Part shown: one piece after another, positions 43,118 to 52,408 of the stretch
How the letters are laid out: the number at the start of each line of letters is the position of its first letter
Numbering within the stretch: position 1 is the first letter of the stretch
Assembly: GCA_977017575.1 (NCBI GenBank)
Contig: CDRNVI010000003.1
Coordinates: 372,001-436,000 of the forward strand
DNA from: Paramoeba atlantica
Lineage: Eukaryota; Protista; Discosea
Length of the DNA: 64,000 nt
Direction: 5' to 3'
The notes under the pieces: model-generated
Database searches by the model: none
What the model saw: the letters and a program-made list of their open reading frames with translations, nothing else
Told to the model about the DNA's origin: nothing
Position numbers and translations under genes: made by a program

Positions 43118-44143
43118 TTATGAATGTACTACGATCCATCGCGGTCTACCCGAATAATCATTATGCACGTATACACTTTCGTGCTTATTGTCTCTGCATA
43201 TAGTCTCTACGCTTTGTGCCTGAGTCCCAATTTCCACAACAAAATCCGGCATACCTCGCGGTCTAAGTGGTTTTAACCAACGTCTACTTTGCGATGCAAT
43301 TTCGCTGTAATAAAGTAAAGGATTGAGACTTCCATTTACACTTGTCTTTTTTGTTCCAACAAGACTCCGACAATCTTCATGCAATCTTACAACAGGTGGT
43401 AAGTCCTGATATTCTTCCGGTGTTATATACGGAGGATTAGACAAGATACAATCAAAGCTATGTAATGGAACATTGTTTATTTCCAGGGCTTGGAACATAT
43501 CCCCTTGAAGAATGTTCGCATTTGCGGCGTTACAGGTTCGCATATTTTCATTGGCTAGCGAGATAGCTTCATTTGATTGTTCAACACACGTAACTTTCCA
43601 ACTGGGTGACTTTTTTGCAAGGGATAGCCCAACACATCCCGAACCAGTGCAAAGATCTAAAAGGCAAAGCGGTACCTCGTGCAGAGATCGTAAATGAGTT
43701 TCGTAGAACCATTCAACCCATTGCTCCGTTTCAGAACGTGGAATAAAAACTGGAGGGCGACAAATAATAGGAATCCCGAAAAAAGGTTGAGAGCCTAAAA
43801 TATATTGTAGTGGTCTATGCTCCTCCACTCGTTGACAAACACATTCTCGTATCAATCTGTGTGCTACCTTCTCCTTTTGACATGTAGGATAACGTTTAAA
43901 GACGTAGTCCTTAATCCAGTTGAATTCTTGATGGGCAAAGCGAAAACCTGGCGAGTCCTGTCCAGTTGCATTACCCCCACCGGAATAATGAGAATGGTAA
44001 ATTGAATACACCATATCATCTTCCTCGTGTGAGGAAGTGATAATCGAATGCGCAATATTTTCTTCCCCGTGTGATATTCTGGTAGAGCTATGTGGTACAG
44101 ACCGAAATGCTGAAATCAATAGCATTTGAGTATTTTGACGCAT
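43118..44143 (-). CDS. hemK: HemK/PrmC family release-factor glutamine methyltransferase, probably mitochondrial
   Basis: RPLQYILG, VFIPRSETE, LDLCTGSGCVG, SNPPYI. Start taken at MRQNTQ. Confidence 0.9.
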   Translation of the reverse strand: MRQNTQMLLISAFRSVPHSSTRISHGEENIAHSIITSSHEEDDMVYSIYHSHYSGGGNATGQDSPGFRFAHQEFNWIKDYVFKRYPTCQKEKVAHRLIRECVCQRVEEHRPLQYILGSQPFFGIPIICRPPVFIPRSETEQWVEWFYETHLRSLHEVPLCLLDLCTGSGCVGLSLAKKSPSWKVTCVEQSNEAISLANENMRTCNAANANILQGDMFQALEINNVPLHSFDCILSNPPYITPEEYQDLPPVVRLHEDCRSLVGTKKTSVNGSLNPLLYYSEIASQSRRWLKPLRPRGMPDFVVEIGTQAQSVETICRDNKHESVYVHNDYSGRPRWIVVHS

Positions 44144-44460
44144 GTGCTGTATGTCAGACACACAATGTGTGAAATTTAGGCACACAAGATGGATTTTTTT
44201 AGCTATGAAGTATTTAACAATGTTCGGAAAATTTGTAATATTAGCATTGTAAATAATAGCATTGTACAATGTTGTGTATTGTAAAGTTGTGTATTATTAA
44301 GAATATACTAGAGAAGCTGAGAGTGAATAATAATAAAGCTGGGGAAGCAATAAAAGCAATAAAAATACTCCATGAAGATACGACATAATCACATTGACAT
44401 CCGTAAGTGGCAGTACCTCAAGGTGCTCCTTAATCACTCAAAAGGTTACGTACATGTATA

Positions 44461-45354
44461 TTACTTTGACATCGAAGTGATTTCCGTTTCATCATAAACA
44501 AAAGTTTGTAAAGAGTCAGGAAGCAGCGATTCATCAAATTCACCGCCTAGATAGGGGTTATATTCCAAGTTCAGTAATTTCAACTTTTTTGGTAGATGAT
44601 GAAGATGAACTACACCAGAAAAATCATTATTTAGTAAAACAAGTTCTTCAAGTGATTCAGGTAAATATCGTAACTCAGGAGTTCCATCAAAGTTATTGTT
44701 GGCCAAAATCAAAAACTTCATAGCAAAAGGTAAGTTAGCGAGATTCGCTTTTCCGGAAAGTTTATTACCCCAAGCGGAAAAATACGTCATGCTGGGTGGG
44801 AGGTCGCTAAGATTTATATTCCCATCAAAATCGTTGTCTCCTACTTCTAGTTTCGTCAGCTTCCTAGGCAAATCACATATATTTAAGGAACCATAAAACC
44901 GACTGTGTAATGAAGTGAAGCTCAGCATTGATGAAGGTAATGTATTAAACTGAACCGTTCCCCAAATTGTCTGCCCTATGGCGGTGAAAGTGTGTATCGT
45001 CGTAGGAAAAAAATCCCATTGCAGGGACCCTGAAAGCTCCCGTAATATCACTTCCTTCAGCCATTTGATCTCGATAATTTGTTCATCTTCATTGCAAATA
45101 ATTCCACTCCATTTACAAGCCGGCGTCGAAATATTCCAATACGGGTCTCTATTCTCAATGTTTTCAACAAAACGAGTGAGCTGAAATTCCTGCGGAAACG
45201 CAAGGCGGTTAACTTTACCAAGGCGGCTTTGCTGCACATTTTTTGGCATACCATGGATTAGTGACCCACCATTTTCCTTACTCAAACGTTGTTCGGGAAG
45301 CTCTGACATGTTGAGCTGTCGAAAAAATAAGGAAAGAGCCAAGTACCTTTTCAT
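44461..45354 (-). CDS. Plant-type leucine-rich repeat protein
   Basis: Cap FPQEFQL..F...I.N....W...TPACKWSGIIC, then LP..L..L.L..N.F.G repeats. An alternative start is MSELPEQ at 45309. Confidence 0.85.
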   Translation of the reverse strand: MKRYLALSLFFRQLNMSELPEQRLSKENGGSLIHGMPKNVQQSRLGKVNRLAFPQEFQLTRFVENIENRDPYWNISTPACKWSGIICNEDEQIIEIKWLKEVILRELSGSLQWDFFPTTIHTFTAIGQTIWGTVQFNTLPSSMLSFTSLHSRFYGSLNICDLPRKLTKLEVGDNDFDGNINLSDLPPSMTYFSAWGNKLSGKANLANLPFAMKFLILANNNFDGTPELRYLPESLEELVLLNNDFSGVVHLHHLPKKLKLLNLEYNPYLGGEFDESLLPDSLQTFVYDETEITSMSK

Positions 45355-45787
45355 TTAAAAAGGATTATCAGGCGAACAGATTTAACTTAAAAGGGAAAAC
45401 AGTTTTAACTCCGAAAATTGAATCACCACGCCGCTTAGTTTAAAAAATGTCCAATGAAGATCCTTTCTCCATACGAAGATTATATTGTAACGTTTTCGTT
45501 GTAGAAATAAGTTATTTCAAATAACACTGCAGGTAACGTCAGACTTTCCAGAGTTAGAAATATCAATTACGGTAAAGTGAACAGGATACAGAAATCAATT
45601 TACTGCCCATAATGTATCATAAGAGTGATGTCGACAACCGGTGACGCATAGCTACACACACGTACATAATCCTGATCTACTCATAGCGCACATAAGCCCA
45701 ACTACTAGTATACTGTTAAGAAATTACTAAGATGTTTGATGTAGAAAAAGTAAGTGGAATGTCATCTCGAAAAAAGATTACGTAAAG

Positions 45788-47191
45788 CTACTGCTTCGGA
45801 TTTCGAAGCACCCAATTAGTGGTTTGCAGAGCTTCAGATATCTCTTCCTTAGATTTGTGTCGAGTTTCGGGAAGGCATAAATAGAAAAAAACAGTACACG
45901 CGACACCAATGCCCGCAAATAACCAGAACACCCAGGGTCCCATAAGCTCATTCAGGGGAGGAAAAAAGAGTGTGACTAGGATAAGAAATAGCCACTGAGC
46001 AATGTTTACCACTGAAAATCCTTGTTGCGCGATTGAAGAAGGGAGTACCTCATTACACACAATCCAGAAATGAATCCCAGGTCCAAACTCGAAGGCCAAC
46101 AAATAAAGTGCAAGAAGAATAAATGCAAACGCAGTCTTCACCGCACCCTCTGCGCAAAAACGAGAGACTAAAGAAAGACACATCATGGAGAGTGACATTA
46201 TGGCTAGCGACGGTATCAGCATGCAGCGTCGCCCCACGCGGTCGGCGTAACCCAAGGCAATTGCGGTGGCAACAAAAGTGATGGCCATGACGATCACAGT
46301 TCCTAGCGCTCGCTGTGAGATATCTGCAGCCTCCATGAATTTTCCGCAGTAAAACATAATGGCGTTGACCCCTGTGAGTTGCAACGCCACGGCACCTGTG
46401 ATCGACAGTGCCATAGCTCGTGGGTAGGAAAAGATGGAACTCGATTTCGGAAGAGCGCATCTCGCTTCCTGGGTAGTTGGTGAAGCTTTATCGACCACCG
46501 TCACAGGCGGTTCGGTAGATTCCGCCCCGGAATCGGTCAGCTTACTCAAAGGAATCCACACTAGAATAACCAAAAGAGCGGCAAAAACCACCGGTATTAT
46601 CATCGACTGACGAAGGAGCAGCATAAGTGCGCGATCACCCTCCTCGTTGGGAAAGGGTCGGCGGAGATAGACCTCATCCACGCCCTGGTCTCGGTACTCC
46701 GAAAGCACGGCATAGGAAACCACTGAGGCAAGAAAAATACCGAGCGAGAGGGTGAGCTGAAACAGTCCCCCAAGTTTGCCCCGGTGCTCTGGGCGGGAGT
46801 GCTCCACTACAAAGGCAGGCCCTACGGAACTGACCGCCCCGATTCCCACTCCTGTAAGAAATCGGGCAAGAAATTGGACGGCGTAGTGAGGGCTCACTAA
46901 AGCTAAAACACAACCCAGGCCGCAAAGAGAACCCACACGAAGCGTTCCAATGGAACCAAGCCGCGGGACGAGCACTCCAACCCCTCCGGAACCTAATATC
47001 CCCCCGAAGGAGACGCTGGAGATTACAACGGCAATGTCCCAGGCGTGGTCCTTCTCTGGGACCAACGTGAGAAGGCAGGGGTGTAAGATCGTTAGAGCGG
47101 TGCTGAGCCCGATGTACGTGTAGCCAAAAATGAGTCCGCCGAGCCCATTAAGAGCCGCACACCACCAGAGTAAGGCGGTGGACTGCTGCAT
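45788..47191 (-). CDS. MFS sugar porter family transporter
   Basis: About 12 hydrophobic segments; RFLTGVGIG, PEHRGKLGGLFQL, LQLTGVNAIMFY, DRVGRR, PETRHKS. Confidence 0.92.
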   Translation of the reverse strand: MQQSTALLWWCAALNGLGGLIFGYTYIGLSTALTILHPCLLTLVPEKDHAWDIAVVISSVSFGGILGSGGVGVLVPRLGSIGTLRVGSLCGLGCVLALVSPHYAVQFLARFLTGVGIGAVSSVGPAFVVEHSRPEHRGKLGGLFQLTLSLGIFLASVVSYAVLSEYRDQGVDEVYLRRPFPNEEGDRALMLLLRQSMIIPVVFAALLVILVWIPLSKLTDSGAESTEPPVTVVDKASPTTQEARCALPKSSSIFSYPRAMALSITGAVALQLTGVNAIMFYCGKFMEAADISQRALGTVIVMAITFVATAIALGYADRVGRRCMLIPSLAIMSLSMMCLSLVSRFCAEGAVKTAFAFILLALYLLAFEFGPGIHFWIVCNEVLPSSIAQQGFSVVNIAQWLFLILVTLFFPPLNELMGPWVFWLFAGIGVACTVFFYLCLPETRHKSKEEISEALQTTNWVLRNPKQ

Positions 47192-47876
47192 GGAGTGTCA
47201 GACTTGGGTGAAAAAACTTACTGTCTCTTTTAAGTTACATAAATAAATTGGTTTATGTGCCAATGCACGTCTCTTTATTCTTGTAGAAACATTGAAGAAT
47301 AAGTTAAGAATTTGGTTCCGGGTACTCTTGAATGGAGCAATGGCCCAAATCAACGTGCTTAGAAGGAAAGAAGCAATTCTGTTTTGTCAAGAGGTGGTAT
47401 CACTTTGTTTTCTCCAAAAAATACTCTCTAAATAGTTAAAAAACCAAAACGAAAAGGTTTCAAACTTCAAGAAATCAACACTACAATGATGCCCATTGAA
47501 TGTTCCACAAAGCACTTGTTCTACAAATTTCATCACTCAATCATACACTTGAACTTGCACTAAACGTGCAGCACCGGAGAATTCGTTCAGTTTCTCTTGT
47601 TCAGCTTTTCAAAGGCAGACAACACTTTTAGTACCAGACGTCGAATGTTTTTGCCGAACACCAGACGTGTTCACAAGATGCCAAACTCACGAAGAACCAC
47701 GATGATGTACAAAGAAACCAGCGGAATTCCAATGAGTGCTGCTGATATCTAAAGCAGAAATCATCCGGACAGCATCGCACCAATAGGACATCCGATAGAT
47801 AGATAGCATGTTTGATGCTATCCGTTAGACAGTTTCAGTAGTGCAGTAGCCAGTAAGTCTAGTCCTCTGTGTGCCA

Positions 47877-48392
47877 CTACAACTGCTTACGCTTCATCCC
47901 TGGAAGAAGATGTGTGCGATTGTGCATTAGTTCAATATCTTCTAAGATATCTGGATTATACAGGAAACGATCCACGTTCATGTCAAGTGTCGTACGCATT
48001 GCCTCCTGCTCTAGTGTTTCTACCGGCGCTTTGGCTACGTATGGTCGGACTTCGATATGACGTCCGCGCAAAATGTGGTATGGTGGAGCATCTCGTGGGA
48101 GATAGTCATTCGCCGTGAACCCCCACTGGCCTTGCCCTACTTGTAACACATGCTGTGCCTCTTCAGGTGTGTTGAATTGCATAAAACAAATGCCCTCCGA
48201 AGTACCCCGAACGCGGTCCAGCGGCATAGCAATTTTAGCCATCCTTTCAATACTACATGTGGAAGTGATAAAATTTTTGCATTCCTGTTCCCACCAACGA
48301 GGAGGAATATTATTGAGCCGCACACAGCATGGCGCCAACTCGGCTGGGGGATAAAAGAAGCAGGAGAGCTTGAAAAGACTATTCCGAAGCAT
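47877..48392 (-). CDS. Single-RRM protein with presequence-like N-terminus
   Basis: CVRLNNIP (RNP2-like) and GICFMQF (RNP1-like). Confidence 0.7.
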   Translation of the reverse strand: MLRNSLFKLSCFFYPPAELAPCCVRLNNIPPRWWEQECKNFITSTCSIERMAKIAMPLDRVRGTSEGICFMQFNTPEEAQHVLQVGQGQWGFTANDYLPRDAPPYHILRGRHIEVRPYVAKAPVETLEQEAMRTTLDMNVDRFLYNPDILEDIELMHNRTHLLPGMKRKQL

Positions 48393-48572
48393 TGTTAATT
48401 AAGAGTAGTGTGAAACCTGTATGAACATTTTCTCAAAAGTAAGAACCCTGCCTACGATTCATAGTCAATGTGGAGAGGAAATCAGTAAAACAAAGTGATG
48501 CGCAACGATGAGACCCTATAACTCATAAAAGTTGTAAAATAAGACTGATACATGCAAAACAATAGAATGCCT

Positions 48573-49043
48573 TCACACGGCACCATCTTCGGTAGTATGT
48601 GTATCCACATCCATAGTGCCTTTCTCAAGAGTTGAACCCGGCCGCTTTTCACCGACGACGTTCAACTGCTCAGTGGAGGTACCCCCGCGCTCCACTGGTC
48701 TGGTAAGAAAGGCAAAATCAAGATACAACTTCCTCCCGCAAAACAGTTTGCCATGCAGCTCTGCAATAGCCCTCCGGGCATCAGCCTCACGAACAAACTC
48801 CACCACCGCGTAGCCTTTTACCAACAACGTAGCCTTGTCCAAGACAAGATGAAGATTTTTTAGAGCCCCATAATCCGCAAACAAATCTCGCACGTCTTCC
48901 TCTGTACATTCCTCGTGGAGATTGGCGCAAAAGATTGTCCATCCCTCCACACTACGTGCCGGCTTAATGGTTGTCGTTGCATTAGTACATTCCCTCGGGG
49001 ACTCATCTTTCGTTTGATCAGAATCTTCTATCACCGATGTCAT
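48573..49043 (-). CDS. RBM8A: Exon-junction complex RNA-binding protein Y14/RBM8A
   Basis: PARSVEGWTIF, DLFADYG..KNLHLVLD...VKGYAVVEF. Confidence 0.9.
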   Translation of the reverse strand: MTSVIEDSDQTKDESPRECTNATTTIKPARSVEGWTIFCANLHEECTEEDVRDLFADYGALKNLHLVLDKATLLVKGYAVVEFVREADARRAIAELHGKLFCGRKLYLDFAFLTRPVERGGTSTEQLNVVGEKRPGSTLEKGTMDVDTHTTEDGAV

Positions 49044-49302
49044 GAAAACAAAAGATAAGGAGAGATAAGCAAAAGCAAGAGTCTAAAATTTTACAAAACG
49101 ATGAGTAATTTTACGTTTAAAGGGTAACCTAGAGTGTAAGGCCAAGGGAAATGCACACTAAGTGTACTTTACCTTGCTACCCCTACTTTAGTGTGCCTTA
49201 CACTAACTACACCTTTGGTGAGGATTTATCCCTTTAGCAACACACTTTATCCCCCCTGTGCTCCCGGTACAAAACACTCCTGTTCAAAAAAGTCGTGTCC
49301 AT

Positions 49303-50571
49303 TCACGGGTTTACCTCACCCTCCCCCCCTCTCCCTATCTCCTCCATCACCCCCGCCATCAGCAGCGGAAACACCAATGTCGCCTCACACTCCACCACCG
49401 CCACCACCGTCCTCTCCCCCCCCACCCCCCCCACCCCCTCCCGCACCCCCCTCCCTGTGCTGCACCCCACCACCTCCCGTACCCCACACCCCACGTCCCG
49501 CACCGCGCTCACCATGTGGCTCCACGGCAGCCCCTCCCCCAGCACCACCACCCCCACCCCCATGGCGCCCCCCCCCGCCCGGAGCCCCGCCCGCAGCCCG
49601 GCCACGTCCCCCACCCCATCCAGCGCGAGCCCGGGGGACCGCGACGCGTGGAAGAAGACCATGTCCCCGAGGGAGCCGTCCGTGGGGGCGGGGCAGAACA
49701 CCGGGGCGCCGTGCCGGGCCGCGCCCTGGACGACGCTGTGGGGGTCGTAGGGGGGCGGGTGGGGGTCGCTCTCGTGTAGCCGTGGGTGCGTAGTTCCGGG
49801 GCTACCGGTTGGGGGGGGGGTACAGGGAGGGGGGTTGTTTAGGTTTTCGTGGCTACATGAGGGCGTGTTCGGGTTGTTCGTTTTAGGGCTACATGACGTG
49901 GTGTTGTTGGTTTCGTTTTTATTTCGATAGGTAGTATTAGGAGGACATGTGGTGTGATGAGGGTTCTTTTTATTTCTACATGTAGGATCATTGTTGTTGT
50001 TCTTTTCATTTCTACATGGACTTGTATTATTGTAGTTATTTTTATTCGTAAATTTAGGATTATTATTGTACCGTGCCGCTTGACTCAAATGCTCTACGAA
50101 TCGAGAAGGGGTAAGAGGGTTACCCTCGTGGACCAATTTGTCCAAAATCGGGTTAATAAAGTCCTCAAAAGCGGCATAGTGGGCATTAGGAATCAAGAGG
50201 TTTCCAATACGGTTAAGGCCACGGTTACGGAGCGTGTCCCCGGGGAGGGTGAAGGACCCAAGGAGAGTAGGACCGGCAAGAGATTTAATAAGATCCTCCT
50301 CGACGGCTCCGGCAGTGGTGACGATAGCATCAATGAGACCGGAGTGTGTGAGAGCAGCAAGGTGTTCACGAAGGCCGCAGGAGACCATGTTGGAGGTGAA
50401 ACCTAGGAGGATTTTGTATTCGCCGGGGTGGTCACGACGACGGCGGAGCATCTGGTGAAGGGTGCGGTGAGCGTGGTAGATTTCCGAGGCGGGGGGTCCG
50501 GCGTGCTGGTAGTCTTCCAGAAGTTCGGAGAGGGAGACAGTGTCGCGGGATAGCCAAGAGTTAAATCTCAT
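49303..50571 (-). CDS. Deoxyhypusine synthase paralogue, probably catalytically dead (prozyme-like), with Asn/Thr/Pro-rich insert
   Basis: FTSNMVSCGLRE, VTTAGAVEEDLIK, GLNRIGNL, PVFCPAPTDGSLGDM and EATLVFPLL are present; the GSDSGA..DEAVSWGK catalytic segment is absent. Start set at MRFNSW because the longer ORF overlaps the upstream gene. Confidence 0.8.
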   Translation of the reverse strand: MRFNSWLSRDTVSLSELLEDYQHAGPPASEIYHAHRTLHQMLRRRRDHPGEYKILLGFTSNMVSCGLREHLAALTHSGLIDAIVTTAGAVEEDLIKSLAGPTLLGSFTLPGDTLRNRGLNRIGNLLIPNAHYAAFEDFINPILDKLVHEGNPLTPSRFVEHLSQAARYNNNPKFTNKNNYNNTSPCRNEKNNNNDPTCRNKKNPHHTTCPPNTTYRNKNETNNTTSCSPKTNNPNTPSCSHENLNNPPPCTPPPTGSPGTTHPRLHESDPHPPPYDPHSVVQGAARHGAPVFCPAPTDGSLGDMVFFHASRSPGLALDGVGDVAGLRAGLRAGGGAMGVGVVVLGEGLPWSHMVSAVRDVGCGVREVVGCSTGRGVREGVGGVGGERTVVAVVECEATLVFPLLMAGVMEEIGRGGEGEVNP

Positions 50572-50779
50572 GGTGGGGAGGATGTACAATAACGCAGGTG
50601 TGGGAATTATTGTAGAAAAGAGAAGGTCATAGAAGCGCTCTACTGTAAATAAAAGCAGAATCTTCTTCTGTTTTGGAAGGGTCACCCTATGTAAAAAAGA
50701 CCCATTTTGTTCAACAATGGAGTAATTTTCGAAGTATGCTGTGGAAATTACTTTGTTATGTTTACAATGAAATGGCAAA

Positions 50780-51238
50780 TCAGAATGTATATCCAGAGCT
50801 TGGAAAGGATCGATCACGTTTGAATATGTCTGATGCAAGACGAGACCCAGCAGGAAGTCGATTAAATTTGTGTGGCTTCCACCGCGCAGGGTGTGGTCCT
50901 ACGTTTCCGAATCGTGGACCCAACAGCCCAACATTACAAAAAAGCTTGCGTACTGGTTTTCCATGCAGGTTAGAAGCGTTTAGTTTGTCCTCCATTAAAT
51001 GTTTCATAACAAAATAAACGCCATCCTTCGTATCACGATCAAACGGGTGAAATCGAGAGTCCCATGGAGTCATGCGTTTCGAAGTACCATACTCCACATA
51101 AGCTTTGTTTCCCGCCGCAAGCTTCAAAATACGGTGCTGCTGCCATTGATCTCTCCAGTCTTGCGCAGCACGAACGAATGCGGGGCTGCTCTTCGGACGT
51201 TTTTTTGGTTTCCTCAGAAACGAACTACATGTAAACAT
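50780..51238 (-). CDS. Basic hypothetical protein (152 aa), possibly mitochondrial/mitoribosomal
   Basis: Presequence-like, Lys/Arg-rich, cluster strand. Family not identified with certainty. Confidence 0.6.
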   Translation of the reverse strand: MFTCSSFLRKPKKRPKSSPAFVRAAQDWRDQWQQHRILKLAAGNKAYVEYGTSKRMTPWDSRFHPFDRDTKDGVYFVMKHLMEDKLNASNLHGKPVRKLFCNVGLLGPRFGNVGPHPARWKPHKFNRLPAGSRLASDIFKRDRSFPSSGYTF

Positions 51239-52408
51239 TTGTACCCAATTTAACAGCTAAGAACATAATACTCGAATCCCTATTTGATATAATATACTAG
51301 GAATCAGCTATAAGTCCCCCCCCGAATTTTAAAAAAACTGGTCTGTTTAATATCATCTTTCTTTTGAACGCGTAGAGAATTTTACATGCGTTTCCCGCCG
51401 TTTAAACTGGTTTTTCTCAACTCATTAGGATCGAATTATTTTTTGAAAAAAATGGGCCGAACAAATGATTTTGTTTACAAAAATGCTCCATATTTTGATA
51501 CACCCATGGACAGAAGTGTGCCCCCGGCCTGGCAAATGTCAATTTTTTTATCCGTTTTTGCTCATTTTTGCAGCATTCGAGAGATCTCGTTCCCCTAACG
51601 AACAGCTTTGCCGACGTTTTTTCGTAGGGACCCCCTGGTACCCCCCTGGGTCCAAAAAACATGGTTTTTGTGTCCATATTTTTAGAACAGTCAATTTTTC
51701 TAGTATATCATCCTTTTTTCTCCGTTTTTTCTGCATGAGGACCCCGCCTCGTATAAGTCACAAACGAAACATCGCTTTGTCCATTTCGGAGAGAACAGAG
51801 ATAGCTAAACAGCATAAATCTGGCGTCAGCATCACCCAACTTCATAAAGAATTTGGTCGTGGCCGCCGTACAATTAGAAAATTTATTAATCTCTCAAAAA
51901 CAAGGTAATGAATTGTCATCTCCACCGAAATCAGGTGGGCCAAAGCTTTCAAAAAGATTTGTATCAAAGGTGAAATCAATAGTTGATAAGGAAAATACAA
52001 AGGAAGAGGGTTGCTTGACGTACAACTTGGTTCATGATCAATTAAAAAGGAAAGGGTACAATTGTTCCATTAAGAAAGTCGTTCGTGTATTACATAACTC
52101 AGGGTACACGAGGATGGCCAAGGCACGGAACTGTGACCTCACCGAACGGCATAAAGCCCTTCGTGTCGCATTGGCTAACGATTTGCTTTCTCATCCCCCC
52201 CGAAAGTTGGATAATATAATTTGGACCGACGAAAAACTCTTTCTGTGTGTTGTTCATGGGGGTGGGCATTTTTTTATTGGGAAAAAGGGGGGCCCCAAAA
52301 AGCGAATTGCGGGTATGAGCCATGCAGACGCCCACAAAGTAATGGGCGAAACTATTCTAAGGGCCTTCAAAAAACGACAAGGATGCTTAGAGTATTTGAA
52401 GGAAAATG

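Noticed and set aside
47470-47760. Box C/D-like words (TGATGA, CTGA) in an intergenic region
   Set aside because: No correctly spaced C and D pair with terminal stem on the transcribed strand.
49118-49216. Small imperfect inverted repeat (TAG-GTGTAAGGC / GCCTTACACTA) after TTAA
   Set aside because: Arms are short and mismatched and there is no matching TSD; insufficient for a MITE call.
49191-49793. Three Pro-rich plus-strand ORFs
   Set aside because: Antisense shadows of the C-rich island arm in the DHS-like gene.
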